Of a DNA stretch of 64,000 bases, positions 8,444 through 16,164 are shown piece after piece. The stretch lies in the IMG/VR virus record IMGVR_UViG_3300009678_000003, one strand, 5' to 3'. The position numbers and the translations under genes were made by a program. The notes beneath the pieces were generated by a model. That model was not told the origin of the DNA. It made no database searches and saw only the letters and a program-made list of their open reading frames with translations. The first letter of the stretch is position 1; the number at the start of each line of letters is the position of its first letter. Source of the DNA: an uncultured virus (IMG/VR IMGVR_UViG_3300009678_000003) (taxonomy: Duplodnaviria > Heunggongvirae > Uroviricota > Caudoviricetes).

Positions 8444-8974
8444 CTAGTTATCGATCACAAGCCGAGTGCTCTGCTGTAGGCACGCCCCTGGAACGTCAAC
8501 TCCGCGCGCCAGGTCTTCTTTGATGAGCTTCTTATCTGGAACAGGCGGCGGCGGATCTGGTTGCCTCAGATAATCGGGCGGCAATGCTACCGGATCCGTG
8601 ATTGATACAGATGGCGGGTTCTTCCTGGCTTTGAAGCTGAAGAGCTCGCCCTCAAGCTTCTGAACACCAATCCGGTTCATCACCAGCAGGATGTACTGAC
8701 ACATGGCCTCGCGTGCCTTGGCGATGCGTTTCTTGCGGTCCTGCAGGCGCTCAATTTCCAAATCGATAGAGACTTGGGTGGATTCCAAAGTCTCAAGGAA
8801 CTTTCCGCAGCGGTCCCGCTTGTGAACCGATTCCTTGATGTAGGCTTCCAGGGCAAAGAGAGCTGATGCGAGTTCTTCCTCATTTCCTGCTTGCTGAAGC
8901 TCCTGCACCTGATCGAATGTTTCCATTAGCTCGGTTTCAACTTCATAGAGCGTGAGGCTGTCGTTCTTTGGCAT
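8444..8974 (-). CDS. Siphovirus Gp157 family protein
   Basis: Coiled coil plus RKNPPSV...PDKKLIKEDL..GVDVPGA. Confidence 0.85.
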   Translation of the reverse strand: MPKNDSLTLYEVETELMETFDQVQELQQAGNEEELASALFALEAYIKESVHKRDRCGKFLETLESTQVSIDLEIERLQDRKKRIAKAREAMCQYILLVMNRIGVQKLEGELFSFKARKNPPSVSITDPVALPPDYLRQPDPPPPVPDKKLIKEDLARGVDVPGACLQQSTRLVIDN

Positions 8975-9978
8975 CAGAACGCCTCCTGCTGATTCAAGGC
9001 GTCACCGATCTCGCCTTCGATAACATCAGAGTCCGGGTTTGGAGCCGTCTTCACTTTGGATTTGGCTTTCTTGGACTCTTCCTTGGAAGCCTTGGCGATG
9101 AAGCTCTTGATCTGAGCGAGCTTCTTGGCTACGGCTTCGTGCGTCGGGCTGGAATCGATGAACGCTTGGGCTGAAACGCGCTGCTCCTCTGTGAAGACTG
9201 GCAGCTTCATCAGCTTGCTGATGTCGCCGGCCATTTCCTCAAGCGTAGCGTCCGTGTGTCCGTTACCGTTTGGTTCGGCTACCTGAGAAGGGAAGTCCTC
9301 GACATCCTGGGTAAAGATTCCAGACGAACGAGTGACTCCTAGCGTGGCGTCCACCTTCGCCCGCTTCTTGGCCATCTTCAGGATCGTGTTCTTGAGCGTA
9401 GGGATGTCGTCATTCTCGACGCGGCCGGTCTGTTGGCCTTCGATGGACTTGTCTCCGTCCTTGAACTTGGCACCACATCCGCCTTTCTTGGCGAAGCACA
9501 ACCATCCGCCACCGTATTCAGCTTTCCCCTTGATGATCGTTGCCTTGCTGCAGTTTGGGCACTTGCGTTGCCCATCTCTCCACCGATACCGGCCCTCATA
9601 GCTGTTGCAACTTCCCATGCCTGTTCCGACGATCCCGCCGTCTCGCTTCGAAAGCAGGGTGCAGCGGATCTCGTAATCGAAAAGATTGCGGTCCCAATCC
9701 TCGATGCGGCTGGTGATCTCGTAGGTATCGGCAAGCCCGTATAGTTCACAGAGCTTGTCACTGCCTGGCTTGTAGAGTGTCGGCTTGGGTGTGCCGGGGA
9801 TGATGCCGTAGTCCTCGTCCTTTACCAGATACTCTTTGACGAAGGCCTGGAAGTCCTGAAGCCGCTGACGCGCCACTTCCAGATTCATGACTGGCGTCAA
9901 CAAAAGGTTGGTCGATGGCCTGACGGCAATCGCTTGTTGCTTTTCTTCTGTGGTTTGATCTATCATTGGGTCGTTCAT
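8974..9978 (-). CDS. recombination / ssDNA-annealing-type protein
   Basis: DYGIIPGTPKPTLYKPG...NTILKMAKKRAKVDATL...FTQDVED; next to Gp157. Confidence 0.65.
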   Translation of the reverse strand: MNDPMIDQTTEEKQQAIAVRPSTNLLLTPVMNLEVARQRLQDFQAFVKEYLVKDEDYGIIPGTPKPTLYKPGSDKLCELYGLADTYEITSRIEDWDRNLFDYEIRCTLLSKRDGGIVGTGMGSCNSYEGRYRWRDGQRKCPNCSKATIIKGKAEYGGGWLCFAKKGGCGAKFKDGDKSIEGQQTGRVENDDIPTLKNTILKMAKKRAKVDATLGVTRSSGIFTQDVEDFPSQVAEPNGNGHTDATLEEMAGDISKLMKLPVFTEEQRVSAQAFIDSSPTHEAVAKKLAQIKSFIAKASKEESKKAKSKVKTAPNPDSDVIEGEIGDALNQQEAF

Positions 9979-10268
9979 TTAGTCTCCTCTGAGAAGCCCT
10001 CCCGGTGCCAGCCGTCGAGGGCTTTACTTGTTTTTGACTGCTTTCAATTCTGCGGGGCGTGGATGGCTTTCCAGTTCACTTGTGTGGCAACCACGCACTT
10101 TCCGTTAGGGCCATCCGGCTTTCGCCGCCCGCAGATGTCATACCGCCTCGACAGACAAGATCCGTTTGCCTTCCTTGACGAGGAAAGCGATGTTTGTCTT
10201 CAAGTCTCTTTCCGAGAAGCACCGACACCAACCGCGCTCCAGATGAATGACAAACTTGACGATCATGG

Positions 10269-11060
10269 CTAGACTCCACACACTCCTTCACACTCGGCGC
10301 TGAAAAGATCGCCCTGACCAGTGCCCCTTAAATGCTTCCTGCTTGCGAAATCAATCTGTGAGAGCGGTTGGGCCGACCTGTGAAGGAAAAGCCGGCCATG
10401 AAAGCGCGAAACATTCTCAGGCGAGCGCAACCTTTCATCCACAGCGCACGCTTTAGCGAAGTCTTCCGGATGATTCTCTTTTCTGTCGAGCCATTGAGCG
10501 TCAGACTGGAAGGCACAATAGACGCAAGAGGATTTTGGAACCGTGAGGTTGAAAGCCTCTTTGAGAAACAGTTCGCAAGAAAAACGGCTCATATTCCGCT
10601 CGATAAGTGGCCACCGGTTGACGATGAACTTGACTCCTGACGGCTTCATTCTGTCGGCCTCGTCGCAAGAAATCCCAATCCACTGCGAAACTGAGGATGC
10701 AGGAATGTAAGAGCGACGACCTACGCCTAGAGCTTCACGGACAGCTTGTCTAATTGGTCTGATTTTGAATGTGCGTGTGCATTGACGCTTCGACATTCCA
10801 GAACCTTCGACGAACGCAGGAATTCTGGCGCCTTCATTGCCTGCAAACAGTTGCTCGCTCAGCTGTCCTTTTGTTCGATTAAGTATCGGGAATGGAAGCA
10901 TCGTGCAGAGCCAGCGGAGATGCTCATAAGTGTCTTGGCCCTCATCCTTGGTATCAGCAAATATTGCGCAGTCAGGCATCGGTGTGATCAAACCACGAGC
11001 GGCCATTAGAGCCATTGCGGAAGATTGAACGCCTGCGCCCAGGCTGATCACGTTGATCAC
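10269..11060 (-). CDS. PAPS-reductase-like PP-loop protein
   Basis: SLGAGVQSS, FADT, GISCDEADR, KSSCVYC, C-terminal ECEGVCGV. Confidence 0.75.
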   Translation of the reverse strand: MINVISLGAGVQSSAMALMAARGLITPMPDCAIFADTKDEGQDTYEHLRWLCTMLPFPILNRTKGQLSEQLFAGNEGARIPAFVEGSGMSKRQCTRTFKIRPIRQAVREALGVGRRSYIPASSVSQWIGISCDEADRMKPSGVKFIVNRWPLIERNMSRFSCELFLKEAFNLTVPKSSCVYCAFQSDAQWLDRKENHPEDFAKACAVDERLRSPENVSRFHGRLFLHRSAQPLSQIDFASRKHLRGTGQGDLFSAECEGVCGV

Positions 11061-11431
11061 GCCTTCACCTCCCGATCCATCCGCTTCTGAATCTCTCTCG
11101 CCCGCTCAGCCAATCCCTTCAAATGCCCGTCAACCTCCGACCGCAGAGCGCGCCACCACATGAGCGTCTGGTCGTCGGTTGGTAGCGCCGTTGCCAGGAA
11201 CTGCCTAGCTTCATCAATGAAGCGTGGGGTGTCCTCCAGCAGCTCCCGCTGAGCGCAGGGCAGGCACTCGACGGTGAAATCCAGCTTGCAGAGCTTGGCC
11301 GTGCAGGCAGACTCTTGCTCACACTTCGGGCAGTAGTGCTCTTTGTAGTAGGCTTGATGTCCGTAGTGCTCGATGTGAAATTCCTTCGGATCGATTTCAA
11401 GTTCAGAGTCTTCAATAGTTCTAACGCTCAT
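11057..11431 (-). CDS. hypothetical protein (CxxC)
   Basis: GGAGGAG RBS; coupled to downstream gene. Confidence 0.6.
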   Translation of the reverse strand: MSVRTIEDSELEIDPKEFHIEHYGHQAYYKEHYCPKCEQESACTAKLCKLDFTVECLPCAQRELLEDTPRFIDEARQFLATALPTDDQTLMWWRALRSEVDGHLKGLAERAREIQKRMDREVKA

Positions 11432-11450
11432 GTCATCTCCTCCGCCTTTG

Positions 11451-11635
11451 GCCTAACCTCACCACACCTGACTCCGCCTAGCCTGACATCGCCATAACAC
11501 GCCTGGACTCACCCGAGATTGCCACTCCCGACCTCGCCAGTCCTTGACATACCTTGGCGTACCATGCCATGCACAACCCCACCGAACCACGCACTAGCTC
11601 GCCAACCCATGCCATTCCAAGGCGGGCCGCGCCTT
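11451..11635 (-). ncRNA. 5-nt-period GGY/NN array downstream of RAMP-like gene (37 units)
   Basis: Plus strand RCC-NN phase kept without indels; 22/37 triplets are exact RCC, 14 more differ by one base. Confidence 0.85.
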
Positions 11636-12246
11636 TACAATCTCTCGAACTTTACAACCTGAAACCTCCCGTAAGTCGGGCGGAAATCTCCGACGCCGAT
11701 CAGCCTTCCGGCCATCTGCAAAACTTCATTGAACAGTTCCGGGCTGATGTACTCAGGGAGTAAAACTTGGATGTTGAACTCAGCTTGCCAACCGGAGAGC
11801 AGTGCTGGTCGGACGCGTGTGACGCCGTTGCGCTGAATCTGTACCCGGCGCCTGTCCAGGTAATCCCATTCCTTTTTTCCGACTGAGGCCAACTCTTCAA
11901 GAACAACAATGCCTGCCTTGAATAGATCCATCGCGCTCTTGCGCGGGCTGCGTGGGTCTTGTTTGAACTTGGCCGCGCCGATAATGCTCATCCGAAAGTA
12001 TTCAGCAGGGATTGCGAGGTGGCCTTTGTCGTCGCGCCAGACGTAGCTTTCAACGTTGTCAGTCTTCTTTGATTTAGAACCTTTGGCGGCCTTCGCTTTC
12101 TCCTCTACGCCTTCCACGCTCCAGCGGTGATAGAGAAAGGCGGCTGTGCCTTGAACCTGACAGCGCACGATATAAGGAGCTTCGATATCGACTGCTGCGT
12201 CATTGGTTACTGGATAGATCGCTTGAACCGTCGCTGCCTTGCTCAT
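11635..12246 (-). CDS. stand-alone Cas7/RAMP-like protein (Vipr-like)
   Basis: N-terminal strand VRCQVQGTAAFLYHR, LAIPAEYFRMSI helix, RVRP..SGWQAEFNI, C-terminal Gly-rich loop AGRLIGVGDFRPTYGRFQV. Confidence 0.75.
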   Translation of the reverse strand: MSKAATVQAIYPVTNDAAVDIEAPYIVRCQVQGTAAFLYHRWSVEGVEEKAKAAKGSKSKKTDNVESYVWRDDKGHLAIPAEYFRMSIIGAAKFKQDPRSPRKSAMDLFKAGIVVLEELASVGKKEWDYLDRRRVQIQRNGVTRVRPALLSGWQAEFNIQVLLPEYISPELFNEVLQMAGRLIGVGDFRPTYGRFQVVKFERL

Positions 12247-12278
12247 TTAGTTAGCCTCGATTGTTTTCAAAAATATGA

Positions 12279-12408
12279 ACCGCGCCCCGCCCTACCATGC
12301 CCAACCTTTGCACGCCTGAACTCACCGAAGCGTGCCGCACCAAACCGCACCGCGCCAGGCCTCACCCAACCAGAGCGCGCCTCTCCTAGACTTGCCCCGC
12401 CCCGGCTC
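12279..12408 (-). ncRNA. 5-nt-period GGY/NN array upstream of RAMP-like gene (26 units)
   Basis: 19/26 triplets exact RCC on plus strand, phase unbroken. Confidence 0.85.
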
Positions 12409-12613
12409 ACTCAAGTTCAATTCCCCGCTCGTTCAACTTCTGAACCAAATCCCACATCGCCGAAAATTTTCCGCCGTCGTAAGAGAACCCCACGCCGGTA
12501 ATCGTCTCGCCATGTGGCGAACAAATCGGGCAGGCACCTGAGACTTCAGCGTCCGCGTAAACGATGTTGCTCTTCGGGTCTTGGTCGATATGGACGAGTC
12601 GTGCGGTCTTCAT
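12407..12613 (-). CDS. hypothetical protein
   Basis: MKTARLV..., ATGA overlap with upstream ORF. Confidence 0.55.
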   Translation of the reverse strand: MKTARLVHIDQDPKSNIVYADAEVSGACPICSPHGETITGVGFSYDGGKFSAMWDLVQKLNERGIELE

Positions 12614-12744
12614 GAAAGCCACCTCGTAATCGATGCCACTACAATTCCGAAAAAGATGAGGAAGGCCAGGACCGCGCAGAGGATCAAGAAGGCCCCGGCC
12701 TCCAAATCGCGCTTCTGCTCTTCGTTGGTTTCGAAGTTCAGCAT
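12610..12744 (-). CDS. 44-aa single-TM protein
   Basis: Manual translation MLNFETNEEQKRDLEAGAFLILCAVLAFLIFFGIVVASITRWLS; starts just after pilin stop. Confidence 0.6.
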   Translation of the reverse strand: MLNFETNEEQKRDLEAGAFLILCAVLAFLIFFGIVVASITRWLS

Positions 12745-12746
12745 AT

Positions 12747-13144
12747 TTAGCTCCCGGTGGTAGTAGTCAGCGAACTTGATGCCGAGCTGAAAACATTGTT
12801 GATCGCGTTGCCCAGTGCTGGTAGGACAGCAAGTGCTGCGAGAGCGATGAACGTGAGCAGGAGGCTGTATTCACCTGTTTGTTACTGCTCTTAGGCAGGG
12901 TTGGTCATTTCTGCCAACCTCTCATGGTTGTTGTTCCCATGAGAGCGGACTATCGCATCGCCCACTAGGGGCGTCTCTTCGTTTAGTCTCTCAGGCTGCT
13001 TTCGCTTGCCCCTTGTTCCCATTTCAGGGTTCAAGTCAATTAGAAGAGATTTTTCCGTTCCGATATCGCTATCGGTGGTCGCCGATTTCAGTTGACGAGA
13101 TCTTGCCCAGACTCCTCTTGTAGGAACTTCTTGATAAACTTCAT
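12747..13144 (-). CDS. flp: Flp family (type IVc/Tad) pilin, spliced: exon1 13095-13144, exon2 12747-12873
   Basis: Joined product MKFIKKFLQEESGQDLVEYSLLLTFIALAALAVLPALGNAINNVFSSASSSLTTTTGS (58 aa) has G|xxxxEY Flp motif; RBS AAAGGAGA. Confidence 0.85.
12874..13094 (-). ncRNA. group I intron (221 nt)
   Basis: Core CCTGAGAGACTAAACG ... GATGCGATAGTCCG (P7), P3 TCTCTTC/GAAGAGA, P1 UCGU|C with GGCGA giving U.G at the splice site, terminal G; removal restores pilin frame. Confidence 0.9.
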
Positions 13145-13688
13145 GTGTCTCCTTTAGATGTTTCCAAGTTTTTCTTTGAACGATGAATCTAATGGTTCCC
13201 TCAACTACGTTGTGTTTCTGTGCCAGTCGTCTAAGGCTGACTCCTTCGCTGTACTCCTTCCGGATCTCGACCACAATTTCGTCAGTGAGCTTTGTTAGGT
13301 AGTGATCCTCTCCTTCGCATGCGGTGCCGTGCTTGAGCCGGTCTTGCTGATTGCTGGTCCGCGTATCCCAGCGAAGATTGTCCAAGCGGTTGTCTGTGCC
13401 GTTCCCGTTGTTGTGGCAGCCTTCCATGCCTTCTGGGCAGGGACCTCGGAATGCCGTCAGTATCAGCACATGGACGTTCTCTGAGTGACGGTCGCCATTT
13501 GGAGCTATGAGAATCACGCGCCGATGTCTGGATTTGTAGTTCGTTGTGCGTACTCCGAACTTCATCAGGCGGAACTCGTCTGCCAGGCGGTGGCTGCCTC
13601 GCACGTAGAGGCTCCAGATATTCCCATCTGGAGTCACCCGATACGCCGGGAAGCCATCGATTGTTTTGCCGTCGAGAATGGGATCCAT
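12891..13688 (-). CDS. NUMOD4-HNH homing endonuclease
   Basis: GFPAYRVTPDGNIWS, VHVLILTAFRGPCP..MEGCHNNG...DNRLDNLRW. Confidence 0.9.
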   Translation of the reverse strand: MDPILDGKTIDGFPAYRVTPDGNIWSLYVRGSHRLADEFRLMKFGVRTTNYKSRHRRVILIAPNGDRHSENVHVLILTAFRGPCPEGMEGCHNNGNGTDNRLDNLRWDTRTSNQQDRLKHGTACEGEDHYLTKLTDEIVVEIRKEYSEGVSLRRLAQKHNVVEGTIRFIVQRKTWKHLKETHEVYQEVPTRGVWARSRQLKSATTDSDIGTEKSLLIDLNPEMGTRGKRKQPERLNEETPLVGDAIVRSHGNNNHERLAEMTNPA

Positions 13689-13759
13689 AAATTTACTCTG
13701 CGAATCGCCGCAACAAGACGATGCCGCAAGGAACTAAGAAACAAGCAAAGACGATCCAC

Positions 13760-13987
13760 TCATAGCTGAACATGACTTGCCTCCTTGGATTCGTCAATCA
13801 AAACGTCCTCGATCTGAAGGCCAAGAATGTCTGTGATTTGCTTCATGGTCTGGGAATTCTTGCTCTGGCCTTTCCAGATGAACGAAATTGCCGACGGTGT
13901 GATGCCAAGAGCTCTTGCTAGCTGAGCCTTGCTCCACCCCTTTACCCTACGCGCCCGTTCCAGCTTGTTGATGTCATAGCTAACCAT
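13760..13987 (-). CDS. Cro-like XRE HTH regulator
   Basis: LERARRVKGWSKAQLARALGITPSAISFIWKG; first gene of leftward arm. Confidence 0.85.
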   Translation of the reverse strand: MVSYDINKLERARRVKGWSKAQLARALGITPSAISFIWKGQSKNSQTMKQITDILGLQIEDVLIDESKEASHVQL

Positions 13988-13997
13988 AATGGAAAGT

Positions 13998-14075
13998 ACT
14001 CTAATTCAAGACGAAATCTCTTGTCAAGAAGAAAATTGCATTGACTTGCATCTATTTTCATACTATCTTTATAAT
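13998..14075. promoter_or_regulatory. divergent sigma70-like promoters
   Basis: Minus: TTGACA(14027-14022)-18-TAGAGT; plus: TTGCAT(14046)-18-TATAAT(14070); AT-rich. Confidence 0.6.
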
Positions 14076-14100
14076 CAAATAGTTATGAGGTAAAAAGGAG

Positions 14101-14502
14101 ATGCGAAAAATGAAGATTACGACCGGATTGCTCTGGGATCTGCTTTGCTCCAATTGCGGTGCATGGGAGAAAGCGCCAGGCCAAAGGTGGTGCAAATTCT
14201 GCAAGGCGGCAGCGGTCAAACGCCTGCGAGCTGCCGGACGCGGAGATTACAGGCACCTCTCGCCAGAGGCCAGAAAGAAGGCTAATGTGCGCTCGAAAAC
14301 CAAAACATATCAATCTCGCGGAGTAATCCCAAAAGGATTGTGCTATTGCGGGTCACCAGCGGAGAATCATCATCCAGACTATTCAAAATTCAAAGTCGTG
14401 GAACGTCTTTGCAAGAAGCATCATTTGGAAGTCGAAAAGCGTGGAACTCCTTGGCCTACACCCAGAAGCAAGGCTGAAATCATCGCATCGATGGTGAAAT
14501 AG
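14101..14502 (+). CDS. HNH-like Zn-binding protein
   Basis: CYCG..AENHHPDYSK..VERLCKKHH; AAGGAG RBS. Confidence 0.65.
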   Translation: MRKMKITTGLLWDLLCSNCGAWEKAPGQRWCKFCKAAAVKRLRAAGRGDYRHLSPEARKKANVRSKTKTYQSRGVIPKGLCYCGSPAENHHPDYSKFKVVERLCKKHHLEVEKRGTPWPTPRSKAEIIASMVK

Positions 14503-14703
14503 GACCGTGAAACATTCCAAGGGAAATTCTCGCCTACGCATAAAATAATAGATTTCCTAATAATCTTGTGCTACAGATTGCCGCAGACACAAGAGTGAAC
14601 ACACCTCCCACTCTTCGGCGTTGCCGGACGCTGACCTTTGATTGGCAGCCGTAAGTTGCCCGGAAAACCACTTCTGTAGGACTCCTTTTCCCTAAATCAC
14701 AAC

Positions 14704-14988
14704 ATGGAACTTTATTCGGTTTACGATGCCGCTGGCGCATTCTTTCGTGCGGTCGACGAAGAACAGGCCTTGACGCTCCTTGAGAAGCAAGCGGCCTTCA
14801 TCGATACCAAGCGACGAAAGCCTAAGTTTCGCCTGACGGTCGACATCTCAGCCGCTCGAGCCTTACTTGCTCCCAGGTTCCGAGTGAGCCAGGCCTCGAG
14901 GACGTTCTTCATTGAGCATGTCGGGGAGGAGCGGACGCCGCTCTATCAGCACTCAAGATCCTGTGAAGGCTTCGGAGTCTTGGGGTAA
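14704..14988 (+). CDS. hypothetical protein
   Basis: ORF heading late-side cluster. Confidence 0.55.
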   Translation: MELYSVYDAAGAFFRAVDEEQALTLLEKQAAFIDTKRRKPKFRLTVDISAARALLAPRFRVSQASRTFFIEHVGEERTPLYQHSRSCEGFGVLG

Positions 14989-15213
14989 ATGTTCCTGACA
15001 GAAATCTGGTCTCAGCCAATGACGCAAGACGAATTAATTGAATGTCGCGAGCTGGGCCGGATGATTGCGGCGATCGAGGTCAAGCGCAGCTATTGGGAGC
15101 ATCAGCGGCAAGTTGCTGAGCGGGTAGTTGAGAAGCTGGTTGAAAAGTCCGGCGAGCTCGTGATGCGCCAGAAGGCTTTGACTGAGGGCAAGGCAGCGAA
15201 GGCGGCGGGATAG
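14989..15213 (+). CDS. hypothetical protein
   Basis: Abuts neighbours. Confidence 0.55.
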   Translation: MFLTEIWSQPMTQDELIECRELGRMIAAIEVKRSYWEHQRQVAERVVEKLVEKSGELVMRQKALTEGKAAKAAG

Positions 15214-15590
15214 TGAACCTGGCCGAATGTCGGTTCACTCACGCCGGTCAAGACGTTGGGTTCACTGTGTTCGCAGACAATCCGGTGATGGCAAAGCTGG
15301 ATGACGTCGTGACGATGGAGCTTATCGGTCAGGCTGAAATCTATCGCTTAGAGCCATCGCAGAAAACGCAGTGGGTATCGGTCCTTGAGAATAGCCAAGG
15401 CAAGTTGCTGTCAAGGGCATGGACTCGGCTGAAAGGTGACTTCTTCGAAGTTCTGGAGCCGCGGGAGTTGGCACGGATTAGGGCGGCGGTGGAGATGCTG
15501 AAAGCGTATGGCAACAGTTGCCTGGAAAAACAGAATCGTGGGAACAGGCGAGGAAGATCTAGAACAACTCCCGTCCAAACTGGTTTGTGA
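15213..15590 (+). CDS. hypothetical protein
   Basis: Abuts neighbours. Confidence 0.5.
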   Translation: MNLAECRFTHAGQDVGFTVFADNPVMAKLDDVVTMELIGQAEIYRLEPSQKTQWVSVLENSQGKLLSRAWTRLKGDFFEVLEPRELARIRAAVEMLKAYGNSCLEKQNRGNRRGRSRTTPVQTGL

Positions 15591-15606
15591 TTATTGATGG
15601 TTTGTT

Positions 15607-16164
15607 ATGGCAGCGAACGTTACTGAAACAAATGATGGGCGTGAACAACAACTTGCGGAAGTCGCTGCTCGCTATGTGCGTGGCATGTCCCAATGGAAGA
15701 TAGGGAAAGAGCTCGGCATAACGCAGCAGCAAGTCTCCTATGACCTGAAGATAGTTCGCCAGCGTTGGCTTGAATCCTCCATCCGCGACTTTGACGAAGC
15801 ACGCGCGGTTGAGGTCGCAAAGATTGACGATGCTGAGCTGGAGTTCAGGGCGGCATGGGAACGCTCTCAGTGCCTCAGGAAAGTCACTAGCAGCAAGACG
15901 AAGACTGGTCGTGATTCAAGCGTGGAGGATGGCATTCGGGAGGAAGAGCAGGCTGGGGACCCTCGTTTTATGGATGGCGTCCTAAAGTGCATCCACATGC
16001 GCTCTGAGCTGCTTGGCCTGAATGCAGCAAAGAAGATTTCCGTTTTAGACGCTGATGGGAACAACTACGGGCCTTTCCTTACCGAAGACGACCGAAGAAA
16101 TCGACTCCTGGCTGCATTCCTTGAACAAGGAACAGCTAGCGGCACTGGACAGGCTGTTATGTGA
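15607..16164 (+). CDS. terS: terminase small subunit (putative)
   Basis: N-terminal HTH (SQWKIGKELGITQQQVSYDL), immediately upstream of TerL. Confidence 0.75.
   Translation: MAANVTETNDGREQQLAEVAARYVRGMSQWKIGKELGITQQQVSYDLKIVRQRWLESSIRDFDEARAVEVAKIDDAELEFRAAWERSQCLRKVTSSKTKTGRDSSVEDGIREEEQAGDPRFMDGVLKCIHMRSELLGLNAAKKISVLDADGNNYGPFLTEDDRRNRLLAAFLEQGTASGTGQAVM

Noticed and set aside
8929..8938. Target for TIGR unit 2
   Set aside because: Only 10 nt match, essentially one spacer; expected by chance
11451..12408. CRISPR array next to Cas7-like gene
   Set aside because: No 25-40-nt direct repeats with spacers; periodicity is 5 nt
12127..12541. Plus-strand Pro/Arg-rich ORFs (also 11315-11763)
   Set aside because: By-products of the stop-poor RCC-NN arrays, antisense to the operon
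13900..13987. Own cro gene as target of GGY/NN array
   Set aside because: Only 4 consecutive pairs on one strand and 6/12 on the other; compatible with chance
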